From Gammaproteobacteria bacterium (GTDB taxonomy: Bacteria > Pseudomonadota > Gammaproteobacteria > Eutrophobiales > Eutrophobiaceae): a DNA stretch of 64,000 bases. The notes under the pieces were generated by a model. It worked only from the letters and a program-made list of their open reading frames with translations. It was not told the DNA's origin and did not search any database. The translations under genes and the position numbers were made by a program. The number at the start of each line of letters is the position of its first letter. Position 1 is the first letter of the stretch. This document shows, one piece after another, positions 51,663-60,351 of this stretch. The stretch lies in NCBI GenBank assembly GCA_965116495.1, contig OZ220696.1, forward strand, positions 1,632,001 through 1,696,000, given 5' to 3'.

Positions 51663-52037
51663 GTGGAGTAAATTCAAACCTTTTTGTGATATTTCCTAAC
51701 CTGCTTGACATAGCCGGAAAAATGAACTAAGTCTATCGGACTAAGTTTGTGGAGGACAACATGCGCACTGTCAACATGCACGAAGCCAAGACACATCTTT
51801 CGCGTCTCGTCCAGGCCGCCGCCGCTGGTGAACCATTCATTATCGCCCGCGCCAGCAAGCCCATGGTCAAAGTCAGCGCGGTGAATGCTTCCGAATCCGG
51901 GGCTATGCGCCGAACCGGGTTCCTGGCAGGCAGGATCTCAGTCCCTGCTGATTTTGATCGTATGGGTTCCGCTGAGATTGAGACGTTGTTTGAAGACAGT
52001 GCGTGAGTTTTCTTCTCGATACCCACGTCCTGCTCTG
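51663..52037 (+). repeat. ~375-bp near-identical direct repeat, copy 1 (copy 2 at 53465-53839)
   Basis: Leader + phd + first 11 codons of vapC; constant offset 1802 bp. Confidence 0.95.
51761..52006 (+). CDS. Phd/YefM antitoxin, copy 1
   Basis: TVNMHEAKTHLSRLV..AAAGEPFIIAR. Confidence 0.9.
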   Translation: MRTVNMHEAKTHLSRLVQAAAAGEPFIIARASKPMVKVSAVNASESGAMRRTGFLAGRISVPADFDRMGSAEIETLFEDSA

Positions 52038-52038
52038 A
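52003..52038 (+). pseudogene. vapC 5' stub (11 codons)
   Basis: GTG..SFLLDTHVLL then TGA where copy 2 has TGG; identity ends here. Confidence 0.88.
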
Positions 52039-52056
52039 GGGTATCATCATCGTTGT

Positions 52057-52287
52057 TCATAAGCTCCGCATTCTCTTGGAAAACTCATCAACGGTAAGAC
52101 CGGCAGAACGAAGCAGGCTCCTCAACGTTCCTTTGGCAACCTCCTTATGGTCAGGTACCGAAAGCGTCGCCGTTTCCCCTTCTTTTGTCATAATAATGTG
52201 GCTGCTTCTCCGGCGTGCAACATTCCAACCAAACCCCTTGAAAATCCGTACAACTTCTTGCCCGCTTAAAGAGGGCAATGAGGGCAC
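52057..52287 (-). CDS. hicA: HicA toxin
   Basis: LSGQEVVRIF..FGW.VARRRSSHIIM, SVPDHKEVAKGTLRSLL. Confidence 0.9.
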   Translation of the reverse strand: MPSLPSLSGQEVVRIFKGFGWNVARRRSSHIIMTKEGETATLSVPDHKEVAKGTLRSLLRSAGLTVDEFSKRMRSL

Positions 52288-52493
52288 TAAGCAGCAACCT
52301 CTATTTGCTGTGTCTCAATGGTTAACGGCAACCCTTTTTCTGCGCGTACTTCAAGACAGAGAGCAATCGCTTCCCTGATACTGTCCAGCGCTTGCTGTCG
52401 GGTCTCTCCCTGACTGACACAACCCGGAATGGCGGGGCATTCAACAATCCATACCCCATCCTCATCCCGGTCAAACGTTATATTGAATTTCAT
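52287..52493 (-). CDS. hicB: HicB antitoxin (short form)
   Basis: DEDGVWIVECPAIPGCVSQGETRQQAL..IREAI. Confidence 0.92.
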   Translation of the reverse strand: MKFNITFDRDEDGVWIVECPAIPGCVSQGETRQQALDSIREAIALCLEVRAEKGLPLTIETQQIEVAA

Positions 52494-52685
52494 AAAACCT
52501 CCTGACCCCCGCCTGATCTATTCATCACGTTCGCGAAAAGTGTACTAGAAAACGGTTCGGCGATAAACCCATAACGATAAAACGATTAATTCCGGGGATA
52601 ACTCCGGAATTAAAACTTTTTTGTGGTGTTTGATGATTTGACAATATATCAGTACAAGCGTAGGTTCTATTCAGGGAGTGTGAAA

Positions 52686-52953
52686 ATGATATGGAAAATT
52701 CTGGTCACTGAGAGTGAATTTTTACATTACCTGGATAATGAAGGGTTCAATTAGACAGTAGCACACCATGGTCAAGTCACTTGATGAACATAGAGAAAAT
52801 ATCAAGCCGGAAGTGCGAACTGCCGCCAGGGCTAAAGCCATGGGTATCGTCGCGAAGATGTCGCCCGATGGGGCCAAGAAAGCCAAGGGGAGAGGTCAGC
52901 CGGCGCCGGCTGAGAACCGGAAAATTACACAATCTGATTTATCAAATAAATAG
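52686..52953 (+). pseudogene. Degenerate higBA-like remnant (22-aa toxin stub plus decayed XRE antitoxin)
   Basis: MIWKILVTESEFLHYLDNEGFN resembles fused ends of a RelE/HigB toxin; MVKSLDE..KPEV..AARAKA..ITQSDLS resembles a HigA N-terminus and decayed HTH. Confidence 0.55.
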
Positions 52954-53114
52954 CGCAAAAAAAAGCGACTGAGCTGTTGGAAGGTTTTACCCACCATCCC
53001 CAAAACAAGACGCTATACAGGCATTAAGTGTTGTGTCCCTCGAATTGATTAATTCTCTACTCGCTTTGTATCGATGTACTGATATAGTGTACGTCTCTTG
53101 TAATGAAAGTGGGA

Positions 53115-53288
53115 TCAAGACGCGCGACTGTGGGTAACTGCCTCGCGTAGGCCTTCCAGCAATCCCTCCAAATGCATCATCCGTTCGCGCAACTCCGTTA
53201 TATCTTTTCCCATTGCGTTCATTTTTGGAACCATGAGTGCGGCCAATGCCAGACCCACGCCAATAATGCTGTACATTTCAGGGCTCAC
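53115..53288 (-). CDS. 57-aa single-TM + coiled-coil small protein (below ORF-track cutoff)
   Basis: MSPEMYSIIGVGLALAALMVPKMNAMGKDITELRERMMHLEGLLEGLREAVTHSRAS; GTG start with aggag upstream. Confidence 0.7.
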   Translation of the reverse strand: MSPEMYSIIGVGLALAALMVPKMNAMGKDITELRERMMHLEGLLEGLREAVTHSRAS

Positions 53289-53562
53289 TTTCCTGTCTCC
53301 TTATCTCATTCCGTTACAAATGCGAGTGTGTGTTGATTCGTTGCTCGTTCGTGGTGATGTGTTGATCCATACCTGCGAGGCGCTGTTCAATCACGCCCAG
53401 ACGTTCACTGATAATGCTTTATTACAGACATGCCATAAATCGTAAGACGAAGTGTAGGGTAGCCGTGGAGTAAATTCAAACCTCTTTGTGATATTTCCTA
53501 ACCTGCTTGACATAGCCATAAAAATGAACTAAGTTTATCAGACTAAGTTTGTGGAGGAAAAC

Positions 53563-53808
53563 ATGCGTACTGTCAACATGCACGAAGCCAAGACACATCT
53601 TTCGCGTCTCGTCCAGACCGCCGCCGCTGGTGAACCATTCATTATCGCCCGCGCCGGCAAGCCGATGGTCAAAGTCAGCGCGGTGAACGCTTCCGAATCC
53701 GGGGCTATGCGCCGAACCGGGTTCCTGGCAGGCAGGATCTCAGTCCCTGCTGATTTTGATCGTATGGGTTCCGCTGAGATTGAGACGTTGTTTGAAGACA
53801 GTGCGTGA
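53563..53808 (+). CDS. Phd/YefM antitoxin, copy 2
   Basis: Near-identical to copy 1; overlaps vapC start. Confidence 0.92.
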   Translation: MRTVNMHEAKTHLSRLVQTAAAGEPFIIARAGKPMVKVSAVNASESGAMRRTGFLAGRISVPADFDRMGSAEIETLFEDSA

Positions 53809-54191
53809 GTTTTCTTCTTGATACCCACGTCCTGCTCTGGGTTGCGGGCGCGCCCGACAGACTGCCAACCGACACGCGCCTGCTGGTTGAAGACCCGGCC
53901 ACGGGGCTGATCTTCAGCGCCGCGTCGCTTTGGGAGGTCGCTATTAAGAACAGTTTAGCGTGTGCGGATTTCAACGTCGATGCACGCCTGCTGCGGCGGA
54001 AATTACTGGAGAACGATTACACAGAGTTAGCCGTAACCGGCGCCCACGCGGTGGCAGTGGACTTGCTGCCGCCGATCCATAAGGATCCTTTCGACCGCAT
54101 CCTGGTCGCACAGGCTCAGGTCGAAATGGTGACGTTATTGACGGCGGATGAAATCGTAGGGCGCTACCCGGGACCTGTCCGGGTGATCTGA
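53805..54191 (+). CDS. vapC: PIN-domain VapC toxin
   Basis: LLDTHVLLW, SAASLWEVAIK, HKDPFDRILVAQA, LLTAD. Confidence 0.93.
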   Translation: MSFLLDTHVLLWVAGAPDRLPTDTRLLVEDPATGLIFSAASLWEVAIKNSLACADFNVDARLLRRKLLENDYTELAVTGAHAVAVDLLPPIHKDPFDRILVAQAQVEMVTLLTADEIVGRYPGPVRVI

Positions 54192-54203
54192 CTATCCTTG
54201 TAA

Positions 54204-54302
54204 TCAGCGATGTACAAGCAATCGGCATAACTCAACAAAGCGAATATTCCCGTCAGCATTACCCGATAGAATTTTTTCTCTGAGTTTTGAATTTTTTCCC
54301 AT
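54204..54302 (-). pseudogene. HicA-like toxin N-terminal remnant
   Basis: MGKNSKLREKILSGNADGNIRFVELCRLLVHR*, stopping before the expected GSH motif, next to the vapC 3' end. Confidence 0.6.
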
Positions 54303-54476
54303 GGAAGCCTTAATCCTTACAGAAAAAGGGGCCGTTGAAATAAGAGATGGGAATAGTCGTACCGTCAGGGATTTCCGCACGAATCCTGTTTAATATCAGT
54401 TGTGACCTTTTATGATTCACCTGTCTGGTATTGCCTCTTATATTTCTATATTGCCTGATGTATTAAATACATGGCA

Positions 54477-54510
54477 ACCAAAACAAAAAGGCGCACAGTG
54501 TGCGCCTTTT
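54477..54510 (-). terminator. Intrinsic terminator of the porin gene; also right copy of the 30-bp direct repeat
   Basis: minus strand aaaaggcgcac-act-gtgcgcctttttgtttt. Confidence 0.85.
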
Positions 54511-54548
54511 CGCCGGGATCCTAAGGACCCCTTTTGCTTAATACAGGC

Positions 54549-55760
54549 TTACCAGAGCAGGAACCCGCCGATGGAGAAGGTATCTACATCTTTCTGACCG
54601 AGTAGAGTATTCTCATAATTACCGTATTCGGCAATGACCTTTAGCCAGGAATTGACGTCATGGTAAACACCCACTGTCCATAGTTCGCCTTTAGAATCAG
54701 GTATTCCATACGTGTCATTGGCATCCTGTGTTGACTCGCCATAACCACCACCAATCTTGGTGGTTCCATTGAATGTGTAAGCCGCCTGAACATAGAAACC
54801 GTCGTTGTCAGCTTCACCACATTTGCCACCCGCACAGCCAAATCCTTCATTGCCTAAACTAGGCCCGGGGTTGAACAACAAAGTACCCAAAGCTTCACCG
54901 TCATAATATTGACCGGTCATGCTGAATCCCTCAGCAGAAACCTGGGCTCCGATATTCCAGCCTACAGTTTCAATATCGCCCTGACCAACAACTTCCATCT
55001 CCTGCCAAATGAAGCCAGCCCAGCCACTGAAGCTGCCGCCCTCAAAGGCAGAGTTAAAAGTAGCCTCGGACTGGAACTGCGGTGTATCTGTCTCGAATCC
55101 AGTGTTGGTCCCGAGACCACCACTGCCTATTGGCTCTTGTGGGTCAAAGATACCTACCGACAACTGAAAACCGTTCATGTCTGGGGTCTGGTAGACAAAG
55201 CGGGTGCGGAAGTCTGGGTATACATAACCATAGCCGATACGGCCCAGGCCGGTGCCACCCGCATCTGCTCCTGCCAAAGCGCCCATACCGAACAGGGTGA
55301 TGTCTTTCAAAATAGCCTGACGCCCGAACAGGGCCAAGGTGCGACCTACGCTGATGGTGCCGAAATCGCCGGAGACGTTGAAGAAGACTTCACGCATATC
55401 GATGTTGGAGCCGGTTCCGAATACGCCTGATTTATTCAACCGGCTGCCCTTCTCGCTGGAACTGTCCACTGCGAATGTGATCTGGCCGGTACCGGTCAGG
55501 CCGTTCACTTCGGGGGTCTTGACCACCATGGTATGGAAGGACGGCAGCAGGCCCTCTTGCAGGTGGGCACTGTCTTCACTGGTCCCGTCAGCGAAATTAA
55601 AGTCACTCTGGGTATAGAACAGGTTGATAAAGCCGCCGTAGCTGACTTCCCAACCGTCCGCGCCACCCAGGACTACTGCTGCATTTGTGGGCATGCTTAA
55701 AGCACCTGCCAGCGCCAGAGCACTCAGAATGGCTGCGAGCTTGGTCGTATATATTTTCAT
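54549..55760 (-). CDS. Gram-negative porin
   Basis: Signal peptide, amphipathic beta strands, DMREVF..GTISVGR, C-terminal Trp. Confidence 0.88.
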   Translation of the reverse strand: MKIYTTKLAAILSALALAGALSMPTNAAVVLGGADGWEVSYGGFINLFYTQSDFNFADGTSEDSAHLQEGLLPSFHTMVVKTPEVNGLTGTGQITFAVDSSSEKGSRLNKSGVFGTGSNIDMREVFFNVSGDFGTISVGRTLALFGRQAILKDITLFGMGALAGADAGGTGLGRIGYGYVYPDFRTRFVYQTPDMNGFQLSVGIFDPQEPIGSGGLGTNTGFETDTPQFQSEATFNSAFEGGSFSGWAGFIWQEMEVVGQGDIETVGWNIGAQVSAEGFSMTGQYYDGEALGTLLFNPGPSLGNEGFGCAGGKCGEADNDGFYVQAAYTFNGTTKIGGGYGESTQDANDTYGIPDSKGELWTVGVYHDVNSWLKVIAEYGNYENTLLGQKDVDTFSIGGFLLW

Positions 55761-55985
55761 ATTCTCCTCCTCAGGAAAGGTATTAAGCTAAAAGATACTT
55801 CGATTTACTTATTAAAAATTCTTTATCCCAGTTTCTTACTTCCGGCTTATTTCATAAGGATATTGCATAGCTAAAGAAATTGCAACATATTAAAGGCAAG
55901 AATACAACACTTTTTTTCAAATTTTTACACCATTTGCCATAGTTTTGTTCCTTTTACGCAACAACTGAATGATTGTGGGAGCAAG

Positions 55986-56162
55986 TTATACATCCTTAAC
56001 GGTTTCATTGGGTTGTCCGACGAGCAGCCCGTGAATAAAAGCCACCTCTTTCTCTACAGTCGACAACCGGCCAAGCAGGTACAAAAAAGTGGTGATATTG
56101 ATAGCAGCGATGGCAAGGCCAACAGCGACGATTGTAAAAACGATAGTAACCAATTCAGTCAT
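55986..56162 (-). CDS. 58-aa single-TM small protein (below ORF-track cutoff)
   Basis: MTELVTIVFTIVAVGLAIAAINITTFLYLLGRLSTVEKEVAFIHGLLVGQPNETVKDV. Confidence 0.6.
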   Translation of the reverse strand: MTELVTIVFTIVAVGLAIAAINITTFLYLLGRLSTVEKEVAFIHGLLVGQPNETVKDV

Positions 56163-56269
56163 ATCCAGTATCCTGAGCCAAGTAACAAATAATACAGTTG
56201 CATCTCCTTGTCAGTTCCATCCGGAGCGAGTATATAACAAAATTATCTCACGTTATATCCTTTTCCACC

Positions 56270-56575
56270 TCACCCTCCCCCTTTCTGGTATGCCAGGTCA
56301 AAGCGGGAGAGGAAAGATGCTCGTTCGGACGCGCTGAAACCATTGAACTCGATGATGACCTCAGTCACGGGAAATTCCAGGAGGGCGAGTTTTCTGACGG
56401 TCTCCGGGGACAAGGTAATTTTTACCAGACCGGCGCCCGTAGTGATGCCGACCTGGTTGCCTTGCCGGGCAAGCGCGGCATTATTGACTGCCTTGGGCAA
56501 CAAGCGGAAAAACTCCTTGTGCGTGATGCTCATTTCCCGGGTCAGGCGGGTTTCCGGTGCAGGACTGGTACTCAC
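56270..56575 (-). CDS. Hypothetical protein at end of aor operon
   Basis: REMSITHKEFFRLLP...FLSRFDLAYQKGGG; ends in GGG. Confidence 0.75.
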   Translation of the reverse strand: MSTSPAPETRLTREMSITHKEFFRLLPKAVNNAALARQGNQVGITTGAGLVKITLSPETVRKLALLEFPVTEVIIEFNGFSASERASFLSRFDLAYQKGGG

Positions 56576-56607
56576 GACAATGCTGGGCAGGGGAACGGGA
56601 TAGATTT

Positions 56608-56653
56608 AGCCGGTAAACGGGGACAGATTTAAATCTGTCCCCGTTTACCGGCT
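56608..56653. repeat. Perfect 46-bp palindrome with empty GGGGACAG-family core
   Basis: agccggtaaacggggacagattt|aaatctgtccccgtttaccggct. Confidence 0.95.
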
Positions 56654-56657
56654 GGGC

Positions 56658-56909
56658 TCAACCCCCGGCTACCGGCGGCCATATTGCCAGGGTGTCTCCG
56701 TCATTGAATACGGACTTGCTGCGGTCCTCAGGTTTGATATATACACCGTTCAACAGCACCAGGTGCGCCATTTCCCTCGGCACCTTGTACCTGTCGATAA
56801 CCTCGTAAGCGGTATTGTGTTCGGATATCTCTATGATGAGCTTGTTGTCCACGGCATCAGGGGGAAGATATTCCGTCAGACCGGCGTAGAGTTTGAATAT
56901 CAGTTTCAT
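56658..56909 (-). CDS. MoaD/ThiS family sulfur carrier (AOR-associated)
   Basis: KLYAGL..YLP, VLLNG, GDTLAIWPPVAGG. Confidence 0.92.
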   Translation of the reverse strand: MKLIFKLYAGLTEYLPPDAVDNKLIIEISEHNTAYEVIDRYKVPREMAHLVLLNGVYIKPEDRSKSVFNDGDTLAIWPPVAGG

Positions 56910-57066
56910 AATAATAAGGTGTCGCTGCGCGACGGGGTGCTTAACTGGATTCCTGCTTTCGCAGGAATGGCATAAGGGAGCCTGCCCCTGGGTGGTGGCG
57001 CGGGGATGTGCGCCGGTATTACGGCAGGGCCGTGCGCGCAGGAGACGGTACAGCCGGCTGAACTAC

Positions 57067-58332
57067 TCAAAGCAGCGCGGCGTTGTGACCGATGGACTGG
57101 GTTGCGCCGAGGTAGGCCTCCATGATCCGGGTCGGGTCCTGCAGCAGGTGATCTTTCCATTTGCCCAGCTTCAGCTTTGTCTGTATCAGGCCCCGTAAAA
57201 CACCTACGTGATTGGTCAATCCAAGTGCCTGGGCGCCTACCAGGATATCATCCTGGAATCGCAGGCTGATGTAGCGGTATCTTTCCGCATCCACCAGTTC
57301 GACGGATTCGCCGCCCTCGACACCCATCCACAGACCATAGGAGGTGGAGACTAACCCCATGGTGTCCAGTACGTTCATGTTGACACTGCCCTGGTGGCGG
57401 GTATCCCGGCCGGACATATTCATGGCTGCTATCCTGCCGTGCTCGGCAGCAGTAGGCTGGATCGCCTGTACGCTGTACTCCGCGGTGGAAAAGTCCTTGC
57501 CCTGGCACACGTCACCGGCGGCGTACACATCCGGGTGGCTGCTTTGCAGGCGGTCATTCACCAGCACGCCGAAGTCCGTCTCGATACCGCTGCCTTCCAG
57601 AAACTGGATATTGGCCCGCACCCCCGTGGCGGAAATCACCACGTCGGCGCCCAGGCGGTCGCCGTTGTCCAGTTGTACCGACAGTCTTGCCGCGCCATCC
57701 TGCTCAATTGCCTCAACCCGGGTCGACGTCAGTACGTTGACGCCCTTGTCGATGCACCACTGTTTGATCAGGTTCCCGGCAGTCTGGTCCATCATGCGCG
57801 GGACCATGCGGTCTTCCATTTCGATCACCGTCAGGTTCACCCCGCGCTCCGCCAGCGACTCCAGGATAATGCAACCGATGAAGCCTGCTCCCATCAGGAT
57901 AACGTCGGATCCTTCAGCGGCGTTTTTTGCAATATTCCTGCCGTCCTCCAGGGTCCAGCAGGAATGCACGCCGGGCGAGTCCAGCCCCGGAATGGGAGGG
58001 CGAATAGGATGGGAACCCGTGGCAATCAACAACTTGTCGAAGTTGACCGTAGCGCCGCCTGCCAGTCCGAGGCTGTGGGCGCCGGGGTCCGCCGACTCCA
58101 CCCGGTCCTGGATTACCTGAATGTTACTGTCTGCGTAATGTGTTGCGGACTTGCGCAGGTAGGTACCGGCCTCATCGATATTATCAATGAGGTAGTACGG
58201 CAATGCCATGCGGGAGTATGGCGGCTCTGTTTCGTCGCCTATGAGCTTTATCGAGCAGGAGGCATCGTTTTTCCTGAGTGTCTCCGCAGCGATAACGCCG
58301 GCAGGTCCGGCGCCGATTATGACGTGTTGCAT
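57067..58332 (-). CDS. NAD(P)/FAD-dependent oxidoreductase (AorC-like)
   Basis: IIGAGPAG, PYSR, LIATGS, GAGFIG, YAAGD. Confidence 0.9.
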   Translation of the reverse strand: MQHVIIGAGPAGVIAAETLRKNDASCSIKLIGDETEPPYSRMALPYYLIDNIDEAGTYLRKSATHYADSNIQVIQDRVESADPGAHSLGLAGGATVNFDKLLIATGSHPIRPPIPGLDSPGVHSCWTLEDGRNIAKNAAEGSDVILMGAGFIGCIILESLAERGVNLTVIEMEDRMVPRMMDQTAGNLIKQWCIDKGVNVLTSTRVEAIEQDGAARLSVQLDNGDRLGADVVISATGVRANIQFLEGSGIETDFGVLVNDRLQSSHPDVYAAGDVCQGKDFSTAEYSVQAIQPTAAEHGRIAAMNMSGRDTRHQGSVNMNVLDTMGLVSTSYGLWMGVEGGESVELVDAERYRYISLRFQDDILVGAQALGLTNHVGVLRGLIQTKLKLGKWKDHLLQDPTRIMEAYLGATQSIGHNAALL

Positions 58333-58378
58333 TTTTTCAGTCTCTATATATACAGAATGACTTCGTCAGGTGTTTTTA

Positions 58379-58457
58379 CTGGATTCCGGCTTTCGCCGGA
58401 ATGACGATTTCCTGCCGGAATGACGATCTTCTGCCGGAATGACGATCTTCCGCCGGA
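58379..58457. repeat. CGTC-type REP followed by 19-bp tandem array (3 units + partial)
   Basis: ctggattccggctttc-gccggaatgacgatttcct / gccggaatgacgatcttct / gccggaatgacgatcttcc / gccgga. Confidence 0.9.
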
Positions 58458-58479
58458 CGAACTGTCGCCAGACGAACCA

Positions 58480-60333
58480 TCAGCCCAGGCTGAGACGCTG
58501 CCGGGTCTCGGCAGTCGGCTCGCCCTGCTCGTTCCAGCCGCGCACTTCGTAGTACTCCGGTAACATCTCGTGCAAGCGGTTCACACTGCCCTTGGCCGGG
58601 CCGGTCTGGGCCGGTTCGGTGAGCAGGCGTTTCGGCAGCGTGTCGTCCGCCGCAGTCAATCCCGCGGCGAGATTGAATTCACGTTCCAGGTTCCAGATAC
58701 GCTCACCCGCTTCCAGCATGGTCTCCGGGGTCCAGTCGCCGTCGCAGGCTGCCGCTACCTGGGGAGCAATATCTTCCAGGGTCCAGGCAAACGTGGTGAA
58801 GACACACAGGCCGGACGAATCCACAATGGCGGTGGCGTCCTGGAAGGCCTTGACCAGTTCCGGCTTGCCTTCCGTCGACAGCGGGTCGGTCTTGACCGGC
58901 ACGCCCATCACTTCGGACGAGACGGTGTAACTGCGCAGGTGGCAGGCGCCGCGGTTGGACGTGGCGTAAGTCAGCCCCATGCCCTGGATGCCGCGCGGGT
59001 CGTAGGCCGGGAATTCCTGGCCTTTCACCGTCATCGACAAGTCAGGATGACCGTATTTTTCACACAGGCGCTTGGAACCGAGGCCCAGGTCCCGACCGAA
59101 TCCTTCTCCCTTGCAGGTAACTTCTGTTGCCCAGGACAGCGCTTGCGCCGAACCGAACTTCAGTTCGACGCCGCCCGTATGCTCTTTGGTAATCACCCCC
59201 ATCTCATAGAGTTCCATGGCAGCGGCAAGGGTGGAACCAAAGGAAATCGGATCGATCCCGTCCTCGTTACAGAGGAAATTCGCATAGGTCAGCGCATCCA
59301 TATCGTCCACGCCGGTGTCCGAACCCAGGGCCCAGGCCGCCTCGTATTCCAGGCCGCCCGATGCCCCCCAGTATTGCGGCTTGTTTTGAATGGAGAAATG
59401 GCCTTGATCGATGGTGGAAATGCGTCCACAGGCTATAGTGCAGCCCTGGCATGCGGCGTTGGTGACCAGGTTGGGTCTGCCGTCACTTTCCCGCGGTTCA
59501 TGCATGGCCTCAGCGGAGATCTTGCCGGCGCCCTCAAACTGTACGTCACGCATGTTACGGGTCGGCATGGCGCCGACCTCGTTGATAACGTTCATCAGCA
59601 CCTGGGTGCCGTAGGTCGGCAGGCCCTGTCCGGTGACCGCGTTCTCGGCCAGCACTTTCTTGCCGTCATTCACCGCCTGCATGAATGCGGCCGGGTCCTT
59701 GATGTTGCCTACACCCTTGGTGCCCCTGACCGCGACCGCCTTGAGGTTCTTGGACGCCATGACCGTGCCGACGCCGGAGCGACCGGCGGCGCGATGCAGG
59801 TCGTTTACAATCGCCGAGTACAGGCAACCATTCTCGGCGCTGCGGCCGACGGCGGCAATACGCAACAACGGATCCTGGTATTTTTGGTGCAGCCACTCAT
59901 CCGCAGCCCAGACCGACTTGCCCCAGATCTCATCCGCGGAGACTATCTCCACCTTGTCATTCTCGATGTACAGGTAAACAGGTTGCGGCGCTTTACCTTC
60001 AAAAATCACCATGTCGTAACCAGCGGTCTTCAGTTCCGAGCCGATGAAACCACCGGAATTGGAGCAGGCAACTGCGCCGGTCAGGGGGCTCTTGGTGACG
60101 ACGGAATAGCGGCCGGCGGTGGAAGCCATGGTGCCGGTCAGGGGACCGGTTGTCATGATCAGCTTGTTGCCGGGCCCCAGGGCGTCACAGCCGGGATCGA
60201 TTTCTTCCGCCAGGTACTTGGTAGCCAGTCCGCGCTGGCCCAGGTAGAGCCTGGCCCACTCCATGTTCAAGGGCTCGTTACTGGTGGCGCCGTCGGTCAG
60301 GTTTACTCGTAATACATTATTTGCCCAAGCCAT
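58480..60333 (-). CDS. Aldehyde:ferredoxin oxidoreductase, tungsten-pterin catalytic subunit (AorB-like)
   Basis: KSPLTG, AAGRSGVG.VMASKNLKA, CQGCTIACGR, EYE, YDPRG..G.GL.YATSNRGACH, YYEVRGW. Confidence 0.96.
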   Translation of the reverse strand: MAWANNVLRVNLTDGATSNEPLNMEWARLYLGQRGLATKYLAEEIDPGCDALGPGNKLIMTTGPLTGTMASTAGRYSVVTKSPLTGAVACSNSGGFIGSELKTAGYDMVIFEGKAPQPVYLYIENDKVEIVSADEIWGKSVWAADEWLHQKYQDPLLRIAAVGRSAENGCLYSAIVNDLHRAAGRSGVGTVMASKNLKAVAVRGTKGVGNIKDPAAFMQAVNDGKKVLAENAVTGQGLPTYGTQVLMNVINEVGAMPTRNMRDVQFEGAGKISAEAMHEPRESDGRPNLVTNAACQGCTIACGRISTIDQGHFSIQNKPQYWGASGGLEYEAAWALGSDTGVDDMDALTYANFLCNEDGIDPISFGSTLAAAMELYEMGVITKEHTGGVELKFGSAQALSWATEVTCKGEGFGRDLGLGSKRLCEKYGHPDLSMTVKGQEFPAYDPRGIQGMGLTYATSNRGACHLRSYTVSSEVMGVPVKTDPLSTEGKPELVKAFQDATAIVDSSGLCVFTTFAWTLEDIAPQVAAACDGDWTPETMLEAGERIWNLEREFNLAAGLTAADDTLPKRLLTEPAQTGPAKGSVNRLHEMLPEYYEVRGWNEQGEPTAETRQRLSLG

Positions 60334-60351
60334 TTTCTATCTCCTCAAATG

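Noticed and set aside
50808-54476. Integron cassette array of TA genes
   Set aside because: No attC-like RYYYAAC...GTTRRRY structures recognised, genes are in mixed orientation, and no intI is present
58570-60312. 580-aa plus-strand ORF and other long antisense ORFs (1577-2500, 14561-15361, 16266-17150, 57394-58404)
   Set aside because: Shadow frames opposite well-supported GC-rich genes, with no recognisable motifs
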